From NCBI GenBank assembly GCA_043228905.1, contig JBHGNT010000007.1:16244001-16308000 (forward strand): DNA of 64,000 bases, given 5' to 3'. The notes beneath the pieces are model-generated. The model saw nothing but the letters and a program-made list of their open reading frames with translations, was not told the DNA's origin and made no database searches. Both the position numbers and the translations under genes were made by a program. The number at the start of each line of letters is the position of its first letter. Within the stretch, counting starts at the first letter, position 1. This document shows, one piece after another, positions 61,484 through 64,000 of the stretch. Source of the stretch: Azolla caroliniana. Lineage: Eukaryota; Plantae; Polypodiophyta.

Positions 61484-64000
61484 TGAGGACGAGAGAGAGA
61501 GAGATGATGATAACAGATGATGTATTATAGGAAGAGTAAGTATAAGATGGCTATGAGGCTTAAGACTGGCGTTGAACCAATTTGGTTCAACATAATGCCT
61601 AGTGCCTTCTTTTATAGTGTTCTCAGGAGTAATCCTGAAGCTTCTAGAATGTTCTAGAGAAATCTGGAATATACATTAATTTCCTATAATAAAACTTAAA
61701 TGAAAATAATATCCTACGTATTACAATAGATGGTATAATGGTAAAGAGCTTGACCCATATAACATAAGGTCATGCGTTCGATTCTTGCCATATCATGACA
61801 CTATCTCCCCCTTAAGACGACGTGTGGAATGAGTCGGCGCTGATTGCGGATCGGGTATGTCCGAATACTTTCGGTGGAACTCAGCAAGAAGATCCTGAGC
61901 ATTGGCAACATGCTCGACGGGTTCCCAAGTACGTTCATTTGGACTATAGCTGAGCCAATCGACCAAATAATAAAGTTTGTTGCGAACAAGTTTGGAATCA
62001 AGGACGACAACAACTTCATACTCCGGCCGGGCCAGCTTCCAACTCAAGCGAGGGTGGCGGCGGTGTAACACGATCATGAATAGTGTTTGCTTTACAAGGT
62101 TCAAGAAGAGAGCTATGGAAAACCGGATGTATTTGAAGATGCGGAGGGAGATCAAGACAGAACGTGACATCATTAACCTTACTAGTAATACGGAAAGGAC
62201 CGAGTCGTCGATAATCCAACTTGTCGCACGGTCGAGTAGTCTTGATGTGACGATGTAAGAGCCATAGTCGATCTCCGATCGCAAAAGAGGAGGGAAGCCG
62301 ATGGCGATCCGCATAAGTCTTCGGTGTGTTGAGCATGAAGAAGATGAGTAGAGAGATCCATCTGGATCTTGCGTAGCCTCTCCAAATGATCCTCGGCACG
62401 AGGATTGGTAGGTAGCTTCAGGGTGTCGATCACTGACCAACGAGGATGAGAACCGATCTAACCGTAAAATGGGGAGACCCAAGTCGAGGAGTGAACAACA
62501 TTATTATATGCAAACTACGCAAAGTGGAGAAATCTCGGCCCAATAATCCTGTTGATAACTCAGAAAACACCACAGATATTGTTCCAGCGTTTGGTTTGTT
62601 CGTTCCGCCTACCCATCGATCTGGGGATGGTAGCCGGAGGAGAGGTTGGAAGAGACCTTGAGCATCTTGAAGAGATGCTGCCAAAATTTGGAGACGAATT
62701 GAGGTCCTCGGTCATTGATGATACTGTCTAGGAGGCCATGATGCCGAAATACCTCAGCCATGACAAGGGCGGCGGTTTCCTCGCTAGTGATGGCCTTAGT
62801 ACACGGCACAAAATGTGCCATCTTAGTATATCGATTGACGAAGGTTAAGATAGGATCTAACCCCTTCCAAACCGGCAGATCTGTGATAAAATCAAGACAA
62901 ATAGACTGCCATGGCTTACTTGGAATCGGTAAGGGTTCCAACAAGCCATATGGATGGTGTCGGGGCATCTTTGCTTGGCAGTAAGCATCACAAGTTCGAA
63001 CATAGTCGTTGACAAAACCTCGCATATGGGGCCACCAAAAAGATCGTTGAACGAGATCCAACATCTTAGTACTACCGAAATGTCCCGCCATATGGGTGTC
63101 GTGACAATTTTGGACGATTTGAAGGAGACAGGAGCAATCAGGGACATATACAAGATTTTTAAAGAATAACAAACCATCATGATATTCGAATTGTTGGTAG
63201 TCCATACCTGGTTGTTGAGATTGGGAACAGGATGCCCAAGAGGTATCAATGTGCGCCAGAATGTCTTGAGCAAAATTGTCTGTCTTCAAGTTCGCACGTA
63301 TGGCATCGGTAATCCGGGAATCCATTGGGGTGTGAAAAATCTGCGTTGTGTGCAATCATGTTGGTCCCAAGATTACTTGCTTTTGATTTTGAAGTCAAAA
63401 TGCGTGAGGAATTGAGCCCACTGACCTTGTCGTTGATTTAGCACCCAAGCGTTCTGGAAATAAGCAAGATTTTTGTGATCACTAAAGATGACCTGATGTG
63501 GAGAGCCCTCTAAGAAATGCCGCCATTGCACAAAGGAATCCACGATGGCTAATAACTCATTGTCATGTATTTCGTAGTTGATTTCCGCGGCATCAAATTT
63601 GCGCGAATGAAAAGCCACAGGATGTAACTCTTCTTTATCAGATGCTACCGAGGGCGAAATCCGATGCGTCAGCCTCCATGATGAATGGTTTGTTTGTATC
63701 CACATGAGCTAGAATAGGAGCTGATGTAAAGGCTTTCTTAAGATGCCGAAAAGCCATGTCCGCTTCATTGAACCAAAGAAATTCTTGTCCCTTCTTCGTA
63801 AGTTGTGTGAGAAGTAAAATAATCTTCGAGTAATCCTGTATAAACTTGCGTTAGAAGTTAGCAAAACCTATAAAACATTGTACATCTGGTACCGACCGTG
63901 GAATTTGGCACTCTAGCACAATTTGGACTTTAGCTGGATCCATGGAGATGCCCTTTGAGGAGATGATGTAGCCTAGAAATTCCACTTGCTTGCAGTCAAA
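61337..64000 (-). mobile_element. Second large Tcn1-like chromovirus copy (3' LTR 61337-61800, chromodomain, integrase, RNase H, RT end), continuing beyond the window
   Basis: LTR and pol are collinear with the 46537-52275 element; PPT at 61801-61813; frameshifts and an internal deletion near 63385. Confidence 0.95.

Overview
Plant nuclear DNA, most consistent with a fern or other seed-free land plant (inferred from a plastid petB insert with apparently unedited codons and from the retroelement types). Bases ~3.3-25.3 kb hold one intact-looking, ~33-exon gene for an RCC1-repeat + HECT E3 ubiquitin ligase (~1110 aa, small-HERC architecture, which is not found among Arabidopsis UPL1-7). Bases ~28.8-64 kb are a nested transposon island: a decayed Sola2-like transposase, four Ty1/copia elements, three Tcn1-like chromovirus copies, solo LTRs, a MITE and two tRNA-Trp-primed LTR remnants. 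The most striking signals are in the chromovirus family. All five of its LTRs carry an antisense tRNA-like A-box/B-box (Pol III promoter-like) module. The full-length copy lacks a tRNA PBS but has a Tf1-style self-complementary primer site, and it has a clear -1 frameshift cassette (slippery site + stem/pseudoknot) between gag and pol. All coordinates were counted by eye and may be off by a few bases; no database searches were run.
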